The translations under genes and the position numbers were made by a program. A stretch of DNA of 64,000 nt from NCBI RefSeq assembly GCF_006345805.1, contig NC_043006.1:72354001-72418000 (forward strand). Reading direction: 5' to 3'. This document shows, in pieces, positions 23,466 to 35,736 of this stretch. This stretch comes from Octopus sinensis (Eukaryota). How positions within the stretch are numbered: the first letter of the stretch is position 1; each line of letters opens with the position of its first letter. A model generated the notes under the pieces. That model saw only the letters and a list, made by a program, of their open reading frames with translations, did not search any database and had not been told where the DNA came from.

Positions 23466-23561
23466 TTTGTATTATTACAAACTGCCATTTCTTCAGATGA
23501 TATTTCACTAAATATTCAATGGAATATCACATGAAGAAATAGCAGTTTGTAGTAATACAAA
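23466..23561. repeat. Hairpin with 40-bp stem and 16-nt loop
   Basis: TTTGTATTATTACAAACTGCCATTTCTTCAGATGATATTT (23466-23505) versus GAATATCACATGAAGAAATAGCAGTTTGTAGTAATACAAA (23522-23561). Confidence 0.85.
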
Positions 23562-24199
23562 CTAAGATAATGTCACCTTATTATGTTATGCAACTGAACT
23601 CGTATTTGGAATAAATATGCCATCAGAAGATGAGTAGCGATATCCAGAAATATTCATTTGTTTTATTTTTGTTTATGATAGATTACACCACATAAAATGT
23701 AACATGGGTTTGCAGGATATCCAGCACCAGTGAACACCAGTGAACCTGTTCCAGCTCTGTACTGACAACTGATTTAAACAGTTAAATTAGCAGGAACTAT
23801 TTTTTGGAATAATTTGTCTAGCCAAAAATACACAGAAGTGTGCTTCTATGTTAATTTGGCTGGATCTAACTGATCCACACACACACACACATTTATTATT
23901 CATATACAAGAATGTTGTTTGTATTGACTTTGAAGTTTTGGCCATTGTCTGACAATGGCTTAACTGGCTGAAACTTAGAAGTCACTGTCAACATTCTTGT
24001 ATAAGAATAAATTTGTACTCTACAAAAGTATAGATTAACCCATCAGATTAATGTAAAACTGTCTTTATTATAACTGAACATAAAAGCAAACATTAATATA
24101 CAAATATATATATATACATATGTATATATAAATATATATACATATAAAGGTATATACACACACATTATATATGTATCTTATACATAGCATACATACGCA

Positions 24200-25145
24200 C
24201 ACACATTGCCATTACCAGTGTCCCTTCCTCTCTGCTTCCTTTCCTATCACCCCAACACTATTCTAATACATTCTCCATTACCATCCTCTCACAATAAATC
24301 TGACCCTATTCAACATGGATCACTCACTCTCACTTTGTGAGCTACAAGACAACCCCAACAGTGGTAGTGCCATCAAAAAGCACCCAGTATACCTCATGCA
24401 TTCGATAATCCGTCCAAACTTCCATAAGGCAGGATTTGAGAGGGCATTTTAGTCTTACTGATGATAAGATCACCTCCACTGTGCTGGTGCCATGGTGTTA
24501 TGAAGGGCATCCAGCCATAGAAACCATGCCAAAAGTAGGATACTGAAGGAAGACATGTTGGACCATGTTGAAGCATCCTAACCATGCGAGGATGGAAAGC
24601 TGATGTATGATGATATATATATATATATTCACCTTCTTGTGTATTTTTAAGGAATGCCCTGATACCTCATCACCACCATTTCTTCTCTCTTTCCATCTTC
24701 TCAACAGCAATACACCTGTTCATATCCCTCTATCAGACTCTAGTCTTTCCACATTTGGTATAATGCCACCGCCCTCAATACTACATCTCCACTCATTCTC
24801 GGGGGAGGTCTTGTCTTGCAAGTTACTTGGTGACCTCACTAGTGCTGGTGCCATATAAAAAGTGCCCAGTACATTCTATAAAGTGGTTGCCATAAGTAAG
24901 GGCATCCAGCCATAAAAATCATGCCATGTAGAAGCCTGATGCAGTCCTCTGACTCATCAGTGTGATTTGTTTCCAATCTTCCATGAAAACATGTCTGGTT
25001 ATATGAAAATATTACCTTACTTGGATACAGATGAGGGTTGGCAACAGAAAGTGCACTCATCTGTATAAAATCCACCTCAATAAATTTCACTTAACTATGA
25101 AGGCATGGTAAGGTGGACGTTAGAACAATAATGATGATGATGATA
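24200..25145 (+). mobile_element. Two consecutive RTE-tail elements (family C) with pyrimidine-rich 3' UTR portions
   Basis: GAAGGGCATCCAGCCATAGAAACCATGCC at about 24.5 kb and GGGCATCCAGCCATAAAAATCATGCC at about 24.9 kb; GAT tails at about 24610 and 25140. Confidence 0.75.
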
Positions 25146-26323
25146 ATGATGATTATATACACACACACAAATAGACATATATTTATCATCCATTTTTGAT
25201 GCTGAATACATCTCCAGTTTTAATCTATGAGTGTGTTTAAGCACACATACAAAAGCAGCTGGGTACAACTGAGTTACTGTTTGGTGAACTAACCCAGGAC
25301 ATATAAACTCTTAACAGCTCAGTTGACACTCCCTCACACTACTTATCTATGAAGAGATGAAATTAAAATGAAAAAACAAGACATACAACAGAAGTTATTA
25401 ATGGACTCTTAAAAGCAAAAATAAAAAAATAGCTTCAATGCCTTTTCTTCTAATATAATTCCTTTACTGCCATATTTTCAGGTCTACAAAGGGTTTCATT
25501 CCTTTGCTCATTGTATTCAACTCACTTAAAATGTGCAGAATGAAATATAAATAGTTTGAAAACCAAATATCTGATACTGAAATAGACCTCAGCATTCTTG
25601 CCCTTTGTCCCCCCCCCCCAATTATGTCCCTTCTCACTGCTGTTGGGGCAGAGATGGCTATCCTCAAGTGTGAGCCCTGTGAGTCAGAGTAATTGTTTCA
25701 GTACACCTCCCTTGCCATCTTCCAGGGCAACACCTTTTCCAATTTGTCTGCTGGGACCATGAGGTGGACTGACAAGTCTCTTTAGTCACAGCTACTGTAT
25801 CTCTTAAAGGAGGGGAAAAAAGCATCAGCAAAATATTGAAATATCTACAAACTGTTTTATTTTCTTTAAAGAAATAATATTTCTTGGAGTAAACTTAAAT
25901 GTTAGGATGATATAGTTTGCTCACCCCCCACTTACCACCAGCAGGTGGTTATATACATTTTTATATCATTAATTTAATGCTGGATCATTTTGCTTCACAA
26001 AAGAAGAAAATATAATTTACAAGCTAGGACTGGACTTACAAATTAGTTTCCACTCTAGAAAGTATAGTTTAGACAAATCTTCCTCCTCATGTAACCATTG
26101 TTAACAATAACCAACTGTGGTTAAGTTAGCATGATTCATCTTGCAGTTAGTTATTCTTGGAAATAAATATTTATAAAAATTTAAAATAAAATATTTTTAT
26201 TGTCTGATATTCATTATAAATAATAAAAGAAGGTAGAGGTAGTAAATACAGAACTATTTAACAATTTGTATAAAGTAGACAAAATGTGGCTTTTATTTTC
26301 AGAAAGCCAAATCAAGAATGCTA

Positions 26324-26552
26324 TTAACTCTTTAGCATTTAAACTGGCCATAACCCGCCAAAATATTCTACCTGTTTTGTGCCCAAACTGGCTAGAACCA
26401 GCCTCTCACACCAACCCTATAATATCATTGTAAAAATTAACAGTTAACTCATCAAAATTTCAAAAGCTACAAAATAATGCATGTTTAATTCAAAACAATG
26501 TGAATAAATAAGCATTACTTTTGACAGAGTAACGTGAATGCCAAAGAATTAA
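26324..26552. mobile_element. piggyBac-like MITE (family G)
   Basis: TTAA-CTCTTTAGCATT...GAATGCCAAAGAA-TTAA; homologous to 55385-55615 and 56238-56435. Confidence 0.7.
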
Positions 26553-27516
26553 ATGTAAGACCACTTTGGGGACCAAATGGCATAATATATTGTTAGCAGG
26601 TCTCTTGGCTGATGAATGAGTTTAAAATTAATCAAAATTCATGTTATATGAATCCTTTTGATGGACTGACACATTAACAACCAGTCTTTTATACACATGG
26701 AGCTTCAAAAAACATTACATATATTGTATATAATGAAGGATCAATTATTTGATTCCTTTTAATAACACAACTATTTGAATAATACATAAAATCTGCAGCA
26801 TTCTGAAATTAAACAAATTACATAAGTTAATAAAAATAACTGCAAAAAGGAAATAAAGTTTATCGTTAAAAGAATGTTGTAATACTAAATTTGAAATTTC
26901 TTTCTCAGCATAACTGCATTATTGGTTTGATAATTCGATAAGATTAAAAATAATCTTACCTTATCTTACATTAAAGATATATGAGAAATCAATCCTTTAT
27001 TGATTATGGTAAGCAGGAGAAAAAAAGGACAGGGAAAACACAGATTTTTAATTTAGCTAGGCTTGACAGAATTAAATATAATGTTTATAAGAGCATATAA
27101 AATAAATGCTGAGTAAAATAATATACTGTGTGAGTGTGTTCCTGCAAATGTGACAGTGGGCAATGTATAGGTGTATAAGAGAATGTGTAGGTATGAATAG
27201 TGTTACAAATTTATCTATTTAATAAACCAATAATGAAATAAAAATTACAATTGAGAGAGAATTAGATGAGATTCTTAAATTACAGGAAATTTAGTATTCT
27301 AAATTTGTGCCAAAATTAATTGAAGGGGAAAATCATCTACACTTACATACAATAGTAAAAGCATCTTTTCAAGAAAGTAAACAGAATGAGAAATAATATG
27401 CCAACTTTTATAAGAATTAGAGAAATGGGAAAATTATTAAGAATATGTATATATGCTTTTGTGTGTGTGTGTTTGTATTTATATCATATATGTGCTTGCA
27501 TGATATATCTATGATA

Positions 27517-27563
<47 letters not shown>

Positions 27564-27565
27564 TA

Positions 27566-27816
27566 TGCATGTATATAATACATATTATATACACACACAA
27601 ACATATGCAAATACAAATCAGATTTCAGGTGAAGTTGTTCATTTTTATGAGACACAGCTAGAAAATTCAATTATATAGCTTGATTTTTGAAGACTGCATC
27701 CTCTGGTTTTTCTGCACCAGAATTCTCCCTTGATATAATATATGATATGTGTGTGTGAAGAATATGCATACAATATATATACTATGATATATATATATAC
27801 AAACACAAAACATCTA

Positions 27817-27887
<71 letters not shown>

Positions 27888-28403
27888 CAAAATATATACT
27901 TGTATATATTATATATATACATATATATATGTCTTAAATGCGTGTTTATATAATATACTTAATGCAATATTTATAATAGGCATATATAACATTATATATA
28001 TATATATATATATATAATGCATATATATAAATACACACACACGTATATAATTTGTAATATATAATATGCATATATATATATATATAACTATATATGATAT
28101 GTACATTTAATAATGTAACATATATATATATATAATATATATATATATAATGCATATATATAATACATATTATATACACACACAAACATATGCAAATACA
28201 AATCAGATTTCAGGTGAAGTTGTTCATTTTTATGAGACACAGCTAGAAAATTCAATTATATAGCTTGATTTTTGAAGACTGCATCCTCTGGTTTTTCTGC
28301 ACCAGAATTCTCCCTTGATATAATATATGATATGTGTGTGTGAAGAATATGCATACAATATATATACTATGATATATATATATATACAAACACAAAACAT
28401 CTA

Positions 28404-28472
<69 letters not shown>

Positions 28473-28723
28473 ATATAATATATATATATATATTATATAT
28501 ATACATATATATATGTCTTAAATGCATTTATAGAACATACGTACGTGTTTATATAATATACTTAATGCAATATTTATAATAGGCATATATAACATTATAT
28601 ATATACATATATATATATATATATAATGCATATATATAAATACACACACAAGTATATAATTTGTAATATATAATATGCATATATATATATATAACTATAT
28701 ATGATATGTACATTTAATAATGT

Positions 28724-28750
<27 letters not shown>
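27566..28750. repeat. Tandem duplication of a roughly 585-600-bp unit (2 copies) interleaved with (TA)n
   Basis: AAATCAGATTTCAGGTGAAGTTGTTC...CAGAATTCTCCCTTGATATAATATATGATATG appears identically at 27615 and 28200. Confidence 0.95.
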
Positions 28751-28768
<18 letters not shown>

Positions 28769-29082
28769 GTATAGACACACACACGCCCTACTCCAGACAG
28801 ACACATATACTCAGGAAAGTGAGAAGAAATTTAAGGAATCTGAGGATGTTGCCATTTTGTTGTTGTTTTCAGCATACTCTCACCGGACTGGTAGACTCTG
28901 TATCAAACACAATGACTGGGTTATTTTGCTTTAATATTTCTGTGTACCATGCTGGATTCAAATCATTTTTTGTTGCAGTACTTGATTCTCATCTGGATCA
29001 GAGCATATCTGAGCCAGAGTAAAATTGGAACTAGACTTGAACTGAGCTTAGCTTAAAACTCAGCTAAGAAAACAACTCAATG

Positions 29083-29223
29083 CTAGGACTTCTGAGCCAG
29101 AAAGGCCCCTAGTGTCAAGAATCCCAACGCCCCTGTTGCAAAAACACAGAAATTTCTTAATGATGGCCAAATATCTCCGGTTTGATTGTCACGTCCACTT
29201 TCATAGAATTCCACAAATCCATC
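29083..29223 (-). CDS. Last coding exon of a Bcl-2/Bcl-xL-like anti-apoptotic protein (end of BH2 plus TM anchor)
   Basis: Acceptor TTTTGAATTTTTCAG, then DGFVEFYESGRDNQTGDIWPSLRNFCVFATGALGFLTLGAFLAQKS*. Matches the (GGW)|D.FVE.Y...W.SL...G..TLGA.L..K pattern and the phase-0 intron position of BCL2/BCL2L1. No upstream exon (NWGR...GGW|GT) found in the window. Confidence 0.88.
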   Translation of the reverse strand, partial: DGFVEFYESGRDNQTGDIWPSLRNFCVFATGALGFLTLGAFLAQKS

Positions 29224-29804
29224 CTGAAAAATTCAAAAAGGAGAAAAATAAAAATTCTATTAGTTTTAATAATCTTTATAAAAATGCAATTTTGGAAAAA
29301 AACAACAAGAAAGAATTAATCTTTTGATTAGAGCAGTGAATATAATATACAAGAAGTGTTACTAAGATCACAATTATTAGCATCTTCATAATCTATTTAC
29401 TAATTGATTGGGACTTATTTTATATATTCTGTTCAGACAGAACCCAAAAACAATTTTTACAGATTCTTCAAAGGAAACAAATGATACAAAGAATCAGAGA
29501 AAAGGCAAAAATTTGATAAATATTTCTTGATATTCACATGAAAGTATGTAAATGAGAAAGATTTAAGTTTCCTAGAAGACGAAAACTAATTTGCACGTAA
29601 CAAGGATCTAAATGATACGTTTCCTGTTACACAAACTGCTTTATAAATAAATTTATGGAAAAATGCCAAGAGAAGACTTGACAGAATATTTGATAAGAAA
29701 GAATGTAGAGCTTAGAAATCACTTTGTTTTTCTCGGCCACCTGCTTCAAAATATTTTCTTTACTGATACTTGCTTAATTCTAATTATTTTTAGAGAAAAA
29801 TATT

Positions 29805-30075
29805 ATCATTATTATTATTATTATTATTGAGTGAGAGAGCAGCACATCAAAGTGATGCTGGGATACAAATATACAAAGCCCAATACAAGCATCATGACTA
29901 CCCATCTATTAAGGGTACACCAGGCACATGCATCACAACCATATGTGCATGACATGGTGACCTCATATCAAGATAAACAGCACATGAACTTGCAGATGCA
30001 GACCAGTTGGAATTTTCTTTAGGTCAAGGAACCTATCCTGCTCAAAAGGTCCCTGAATAAGGACTGATTAAGGAT
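29805..30075 (-). mobile_element. Unclassified retroposon 3' end with (AAT)n tail (family E)
   Basis: (TTA)n-GAGTGAGAGAGCAG...GGGTACACCAGGCACATGCATCACAACCATATGTG; higher-GC block with sharp borders. Classification is inference. Confidence 0.45.
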
Positions 30076-30099
30076 GATATTATTAACATTCTTACTATT

Positions 30100-30660
30100 C
30101 ATTATCATCAACATCATTTAATGTCTGCTTTCCATGCTGGCTGGTTTGGATGGTTCAACTGAAAACTGGTAAGTCTGGGGGCTGCACCAGGTTCCAATCT
30201 GATTTGGCAAGGTTTCTACAGCTGGATGCCCTTCCTAACGCCAACCACTCTGAGAGCATAGTGGGTGCTTTTTATGTGCCACCAGCATGGGTGCCGTTGA
30301 CCTGACACTAGCATCAGCCACAACTATGGACTCATTTGGTTTGACAGGTCAACACAAGCACAGTATATCACCAAGGGTCTTGGTCAACTGTCACTGCCTC
30401 CATGAGGCCCAACATTCGAATGGTGCTTTGTATGTGCCACTGGTATGGGTACAAGTCATATGGCACTGGCATCAGTCACGACTATGATTTCACTTGATTC
30501 AACAGGTCTTCAAAAGCGCAGCATATCACCCAAAAGGTGTTTTTAATGGGCAAGTTACATGACACTGGCATTGGCCATGATTATGATCCCACTTGGCTTG
30601 ACATCACTGCCTCCATGAGGCCTAACACACGAACTCTGCTTTTTACATGACACTGGCATG
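30100..30660 (-). mobile_element. RTE-tail element (family C)
   Basis: CATCATTTAATGTCTGCTTTCCATGCTGG...CTGGATGCCCTTCCTAACGCCAACC plus internal repeats. Confidence 0.85.
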
Positions 30661-33220
30661 GGTTATTACCATTATTATTAATATACTACCCAATAAAAAT
30701 ATGACCATATAAAAACATAGCTTTGATATTGAGTACCAGTTTTAAGTCAATATCTGAAGCTCAAGTCAAATATAAATTTCAACAGTTGATGTAGGTTCTT
30801 GCTGTTTCTCTCATCATAGCCAACAAACTAACAATATTGAATATTTCTACAGCATATTACTAACTGAGCAAAAATAATTAGAAAGCAGAAAAAACACTCC
30901 AGAAGACCAATGAAATTTTAAAAATGGAATTTAAAATTCAACTTAGCATCTAGTTAAAGCATTGGATGTAGGCTGGACCAAAAGTTGCTGAGAAAAATTT
31001 CTGCCGAAAAACATGAAATGTGTTCATTTTTCATTTGTAAGAAATACTGCCTTCTATACAGGCAAGGCTAAAGTACTTAATGTTTAATTTAAAAAGCTCA
31101 TCTCATCTCCACATACAGGATTGGTCTTGCCAAGCACTACAACTCTCTTGTAAGACCATCATCCAAATTATGAAGTTTGTCTTCAATTTGTTGCACAACC
31201 CATGAACTCTCTCTACTTATATGTTCATTATGCAGCCATTGAGCAGGAGGTTAACAAATTTGTTTGTATTGGTGTTGGTCAGCCTGAAAAATCCTTGGGA
31301 ATGGCTCCTTTCCAGCAGACCACAAACCAATTTTTAAAAAGTATAGAATCAATGAGTTCAAGTGAATAGAAAACAGTGACGGTCATAGAAGAAAAGATGT
31401 GCCAGAAGCTAATCAAAGTAAGGACAAAATAGACTCAAAAAGTCAGACAAGTAGAAGATAGTGTAATAGCTGTAGAAGAGTGATGGAAAACAGGTCAGTA
31501 ACAAGTTACTGTAAAAACACATGTAATTTATGCATTCCCCTCCCCCCGCAAAAATAAACTTTAGAGGTGTATAAATTACAGAAGTAGATCATTTACAGAA
31601 TATTTTTTAGAAATTTTTTGCTGAAAAAAGACATAAACATTCATATTGTCAAGTTGACTCAATGTCAGAATAGGTTTTTACATAAAAAATAATGGCTGAA
31701 ATATAATGAAGTTGACTTTTATTTATGCTGGATGGTATTATGCTTACTGTTTCTGTATAAATTTACTAAAACCATTAAATGGTTAACTACCTTTTGAAGT
31801 CTGATGTTCATGCTGGTAATCATGGTCCCAGCCATATTTTACATATTTTACTTGGTAGCTGATGTTTATTGGTAATTAAACTTAATTAGCAACACCTGTG
31901 CATGTTTATCAGCTTTGTTTTGTTGATAATTCTTGTCAACAACTTTTCCTGTGATCGCGATTTGAGAAGACATACAGCAGTATGCTAAAACCGAACATAA
32001 TCTCTTGTGGGTAAGAAACATAAAATAAAGTTTTTTATAAAGAACACAAACACTTTGTAATTCATTAGCTTTTAATGTGATACCTGTTAAACAGAAATTA
32101 TTTTTATTTAATAACAATTTTTAAAAATCTAATAAGTAAATGAAATTATGCTAAATACAACTAAATTGAAAACCTTTTCCCCTGGCCATATTGGCAATTC
32201 TGTAAACTTTTGGATGTAAATTTTACTGGAGTGTAAACTTTTTTTTAAACAATTTTTATCCTGAAAATCACCTGTATGCAAATTACATGGATTTTTACAG
32301 TAGTTGTCAGAACATTTTGAGAAATGAGTCAACTGGATTATGTCTTCCACTTGACTTGTTTAGCTGTCTTAAGTGGGCCAATGGAGAAATATGTTCATGA
32401 CATAGATACACCATACCAGGTGATTAAATATTACTGATATGGATGGATAGTTCACAAAGAAATTGCAAAGACCTGAACAGTTAGTCAATGTAAATAACTT
32501 GCCTATTTCTCACAGAGTTGTTAATCATAGCAATGGCTAATGAATTCTGTAGATTCCAAAAATCACAAGATCATTACACCTGAATAGTGACTGGCTTTGA
32601 AGGTGAGAAATATACTGAGAATGTTATAATCATAGCATTCACTGAATCAGTCATGGGTACAAATGTGACAAGAAATTAGTTGATGTTGGTAATTCAGCTT
32701 GTTGAAATGTTTGGTTTCTACAAAGGTTAGACTAGTATAGATGAAGTGAGGGAAAAAAATAAAAAGATAATTTGGATTTATAGGAAAATTAATTTTTGGA
32801 CTGTTAGCTTAGTTTTAAAAAGGGAAAATGTTTTAATATTTCCATCTCTACTATTTCTACAAGTTTTATCCCTAATTATCATTAGATGTTCTTCATGAAT
32901 GATTACAGAGTACCGATTGAATTCAAACAGGGAGCATTTACTTCTAAACTAAGGCAAATAATATTCTTATCTACTAGATCACTGATGTTAGATTTTTAAG
33001 TTCTTTGTGATTATCTTTCAATAAAGGTAACCATACTGAGCATATATCATCATGGGATTTGCTGACAGGATTATCAGTAAGCATTATCAGGGTCCATCAA
33101 GAAAATCTGATGGCTTTTAAATTAATAGAATGTTGACAAATATAACATATTAAGCAACCTTTCAGTGAGTCTCAAACAGATGGCATAATGAAATGGTTTC
33201 GACACCTGGGCATAATCTTT

Positions 33221-33417
33221 CACAATCCTTTCTACTATAGGCACAAGGACTGAAATTTTGGGGAGGGGGGTAAATTGATTACATCGACCCCAGTGTGATG
33301 AAAGGATGAAAAGCAAAGCCAACGTAAGTGGAATTTGAACTCAGATGATAAGGACAGACGAAATGCTACTAAGCATTTTCCCCGGCATGCTAACGCTTCT
33401 GCCAGCTTCCCACCTTA
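33221..33417 (-). mobile_element. tRNA-derived SINE (family B)
   Basis: TTACATCGACCCCAGT...AAAGGATGAAAAGCAAAG...GGAATTTGAACTCAG...GCTAACGCTTCTGCCAGCT. Confidence 0.8.
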
Positions 33418-33806
33418 ATAATAATAATAATAATGGTTTCAAGTTTTGGCATGAGGCCAGCAGTTTGAAGGGAAGGGGTTAAGTCAATAAAACCATACCA
33501 GCATGGACAACAGAGATTAAATGATGATGATGAGGAGGAGGATGATAGCAATACTCTTTTGATTAAAGTATTGATGAAGCAATTGTAAAATTATCTAATA
33601 AAACATATTGCCCACTCCATTTGCCTTGTCAATATTTATACAAACTTTACAGTTATTTACAGATTTTCAGATATATTATCAGTAAAACTATCCATTTCCA
33701 TTTTATAATTATATCTGATAACTGGGACTCTTGAACAGGCTACATAAACCAAACTCCAAAGTTAAAACATAAATGGTTTATATATATATATATCATCATG
33801 TGCGTG

Positions 33807-33842
<36 letters not shown>

Positions 33843-33847
<5 letters not shown>

Positions 33848-34173
33848 AACATCATAAGCGGAAAGTGTAACCTCTCGAAAGAGCTGTTCTTCACTCCTGC
33901 TCCAGAGCGTCGGCTGCGGGGTCATTCCGAAAAGCTCTACCTGCGACGATTTCATCTCAATCGAAGGAGAGGAGCTTTCTCCGTCTGGGTTGCGGATCCG
34001 TGGAACAAGCTGCCAGACGAGATGGTGAAGATGCCGACGACAGCTTTGTTCAAAGCCTCCCTTGACCTCAAGTGGCCTGAACTCTTTACATGAACACCAC
34101 CCTGTACTTAACTCCATGTCCCCCTACATGGCCTTGCTATTTGCTTTTGAGCCAAATTAACTAACTAACTAAC
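33843..34173 (+). mobile_element. CR1/L2-group LINE, 5'-truncated young 3' end
   Basis: Open frame HNIISGKCNLSKELFFTPAPERRLRGHSEKLYLRRFHLNRRRGAFSVWVADPWNKLPDEMV...FKASLD (RGH...WN.LP...FK..LD motif); stop at 34093; (TAAC)n tail; inserted in (TA)n. Confidence 0.9.
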
Positions 34174-35424
34174 ATATATATATATATACACACACACACA
34201 CATCATCATATATATATATATTATTGAACACACATACACAATGTATGTGCTTTTCTGATTCATCAGTCAGCTGTGATTTGATGCACTGGAGGTGATCCTC
34301 TCGAAGTACCAGGTGTTAAAACACCTAGAAGTCCTAGAATTATGGGTGACATTCAGGAGCGATGGACAGCAATGCTTCACTATTTTTGTGGCTTATCAAC
34401 ATCAGGTACCTGAACTGGACCAGAGCCAAATTGTATAGCTTATCTATGACTATATATAAAATGGTGTAAACACCATCTGCTGGTATGCCCAAATGATGCA
34501 CCCACAGGAATAATTCAAATAGGAATTAGAAGCAGCACAAGTGTTGTGAACATTATCGAACACACACACATAATGTATGTTCTTTGCTAGTTCATTGATC
34601 AGCTGTGATTTGTCGTGTAATAAAATACCAATATAAACAGTTGTAACTGTGATCACAAATTAACAGTTTAGAATGTAATCTTGTTTGGAATTATACAATT
34701 ATTTATAGAAAGGCGTTTTATATCATTTCCAAGGTTTTCACCTGTGACTTTATTCATTTATATATCAAGCTATGTCATATCAATACCATGAACTCCCTTT
34801 CTGTCTTATCCTGAGGTCTACTGGTTTATGTTGCAGCTATTAAGAACTCTCCACAGTCAAGACTTTTCCTGACCTCCACCTATGACAGACGAATGTTGTT
34901 TGATATGAACTATGTATGTGCTTTTATGCACCAAGTACCTAAATAAGAGGTTCTCTCAAGGCTAATAATGCAGTATACAATGTTCTAATAAGGCATCCAT
35001 GTTATGTGGGATATAAAGATTACCTCTGGTATTAATACTGCTCCTTTAGCTAATAATTAAATTTTAACAGGCATACTTGCTATTTGTGACATCAGCATCT
35101 GAAAAGATCCTAAAATTCTATATATCATAGCAGCAAGATCTGACTGATATAAAGTGACCAGTGCTTCCCACTCAAGAGACCAGAATATGATATGGGAACT
35201 CCAGTGCTGAAAAACAGATGAATTTCTACTGCTACAATCTGTGTGTTTTTATGCTCCATGCACCTAAATGAGAAGTTCTCTCAAGGCTAATTATGCAGTA
35301 TTTGGTGTTCTAACTTTTTCATATCACTTGTGTGTATATATATATGTGTATATATATAGATATATTTCGCTTTTGGATTTGGTTTGCAAGATTCTTTATG
35401 TGAGTTCGTGTGTTGAAGCATATT

Positions 35425-35736
35425 CTGTTGTGTCTGGGGAGAGTGATACTCTTTCAGTGCCTTATAATTTAGCACACTCACCGGTAAAATTTCCACTCAT
35501 TTACTTATTTATTTTTCTAAAATTTTCCGTGCGTCTTGCAACTTTTTCAATAATTGTTGACTCAACTAGACTCAACAAAGTTGTAGACTCAACTAGTTGT
35601 TGACTCTCTATAGAAAAGGTTGCAAGACGCAATGAAAATTTTAGAAAAATGAATAAGTAAATGAGTGGAAACTTTACTGGTGAGTGTGTTAAATTATAAG
35701 GCACTAAAAGAGAATCACTCTCCCCAGACACAGCAG
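35425..35736. mobile_element. Fold-back element (about 124-bp arms) with hammerhead-like motifs (U3:A8 variant)
   Basis: Arms 35425-35548 and 35613-35736; the mirror-image ORFs in the track confirm the inversion; motifs at 35517-35553 (minus) and 35608-35644 (plus). Confidence 0.75.
35517..35553 (-). ncRNA. Minimal type-I hammerhead-like motif, U3:A8 core variant
   Basis: TTA-TTGAAAA-A-GTTGC-AAGAC-GCACG-GAAA-AT-T-T-TAG. The other arm keeps stem II GTTGC/GCAAT and helix I CTA/TAG; palindromic AATT as stem III. Confidence 0.55.

Larger units (their letters stand above)
16850..29082 (-). other. Putative long 3' UTR / downstream transcribed region of the Bcl-2-like gene (distal end uncertain)
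   Basis: Lies directly after the stop at 29083. 16.85-24.1 kb is almost free of recognisable TEs, unlike 0-16.7 kb; U-rich on the minus strand with many ATTTA and AATAAA motifs. Inference only. Confidence 0.4.

Noticed and set aside
31380-31540. Cys-rich string RR*CNSC...YC..TCNLC resembling a piggyBac C-terminal domain
   Set aside because: No TIRs, no TTAA ends and no upstream DDD motifs recognised; too degenerate to call.
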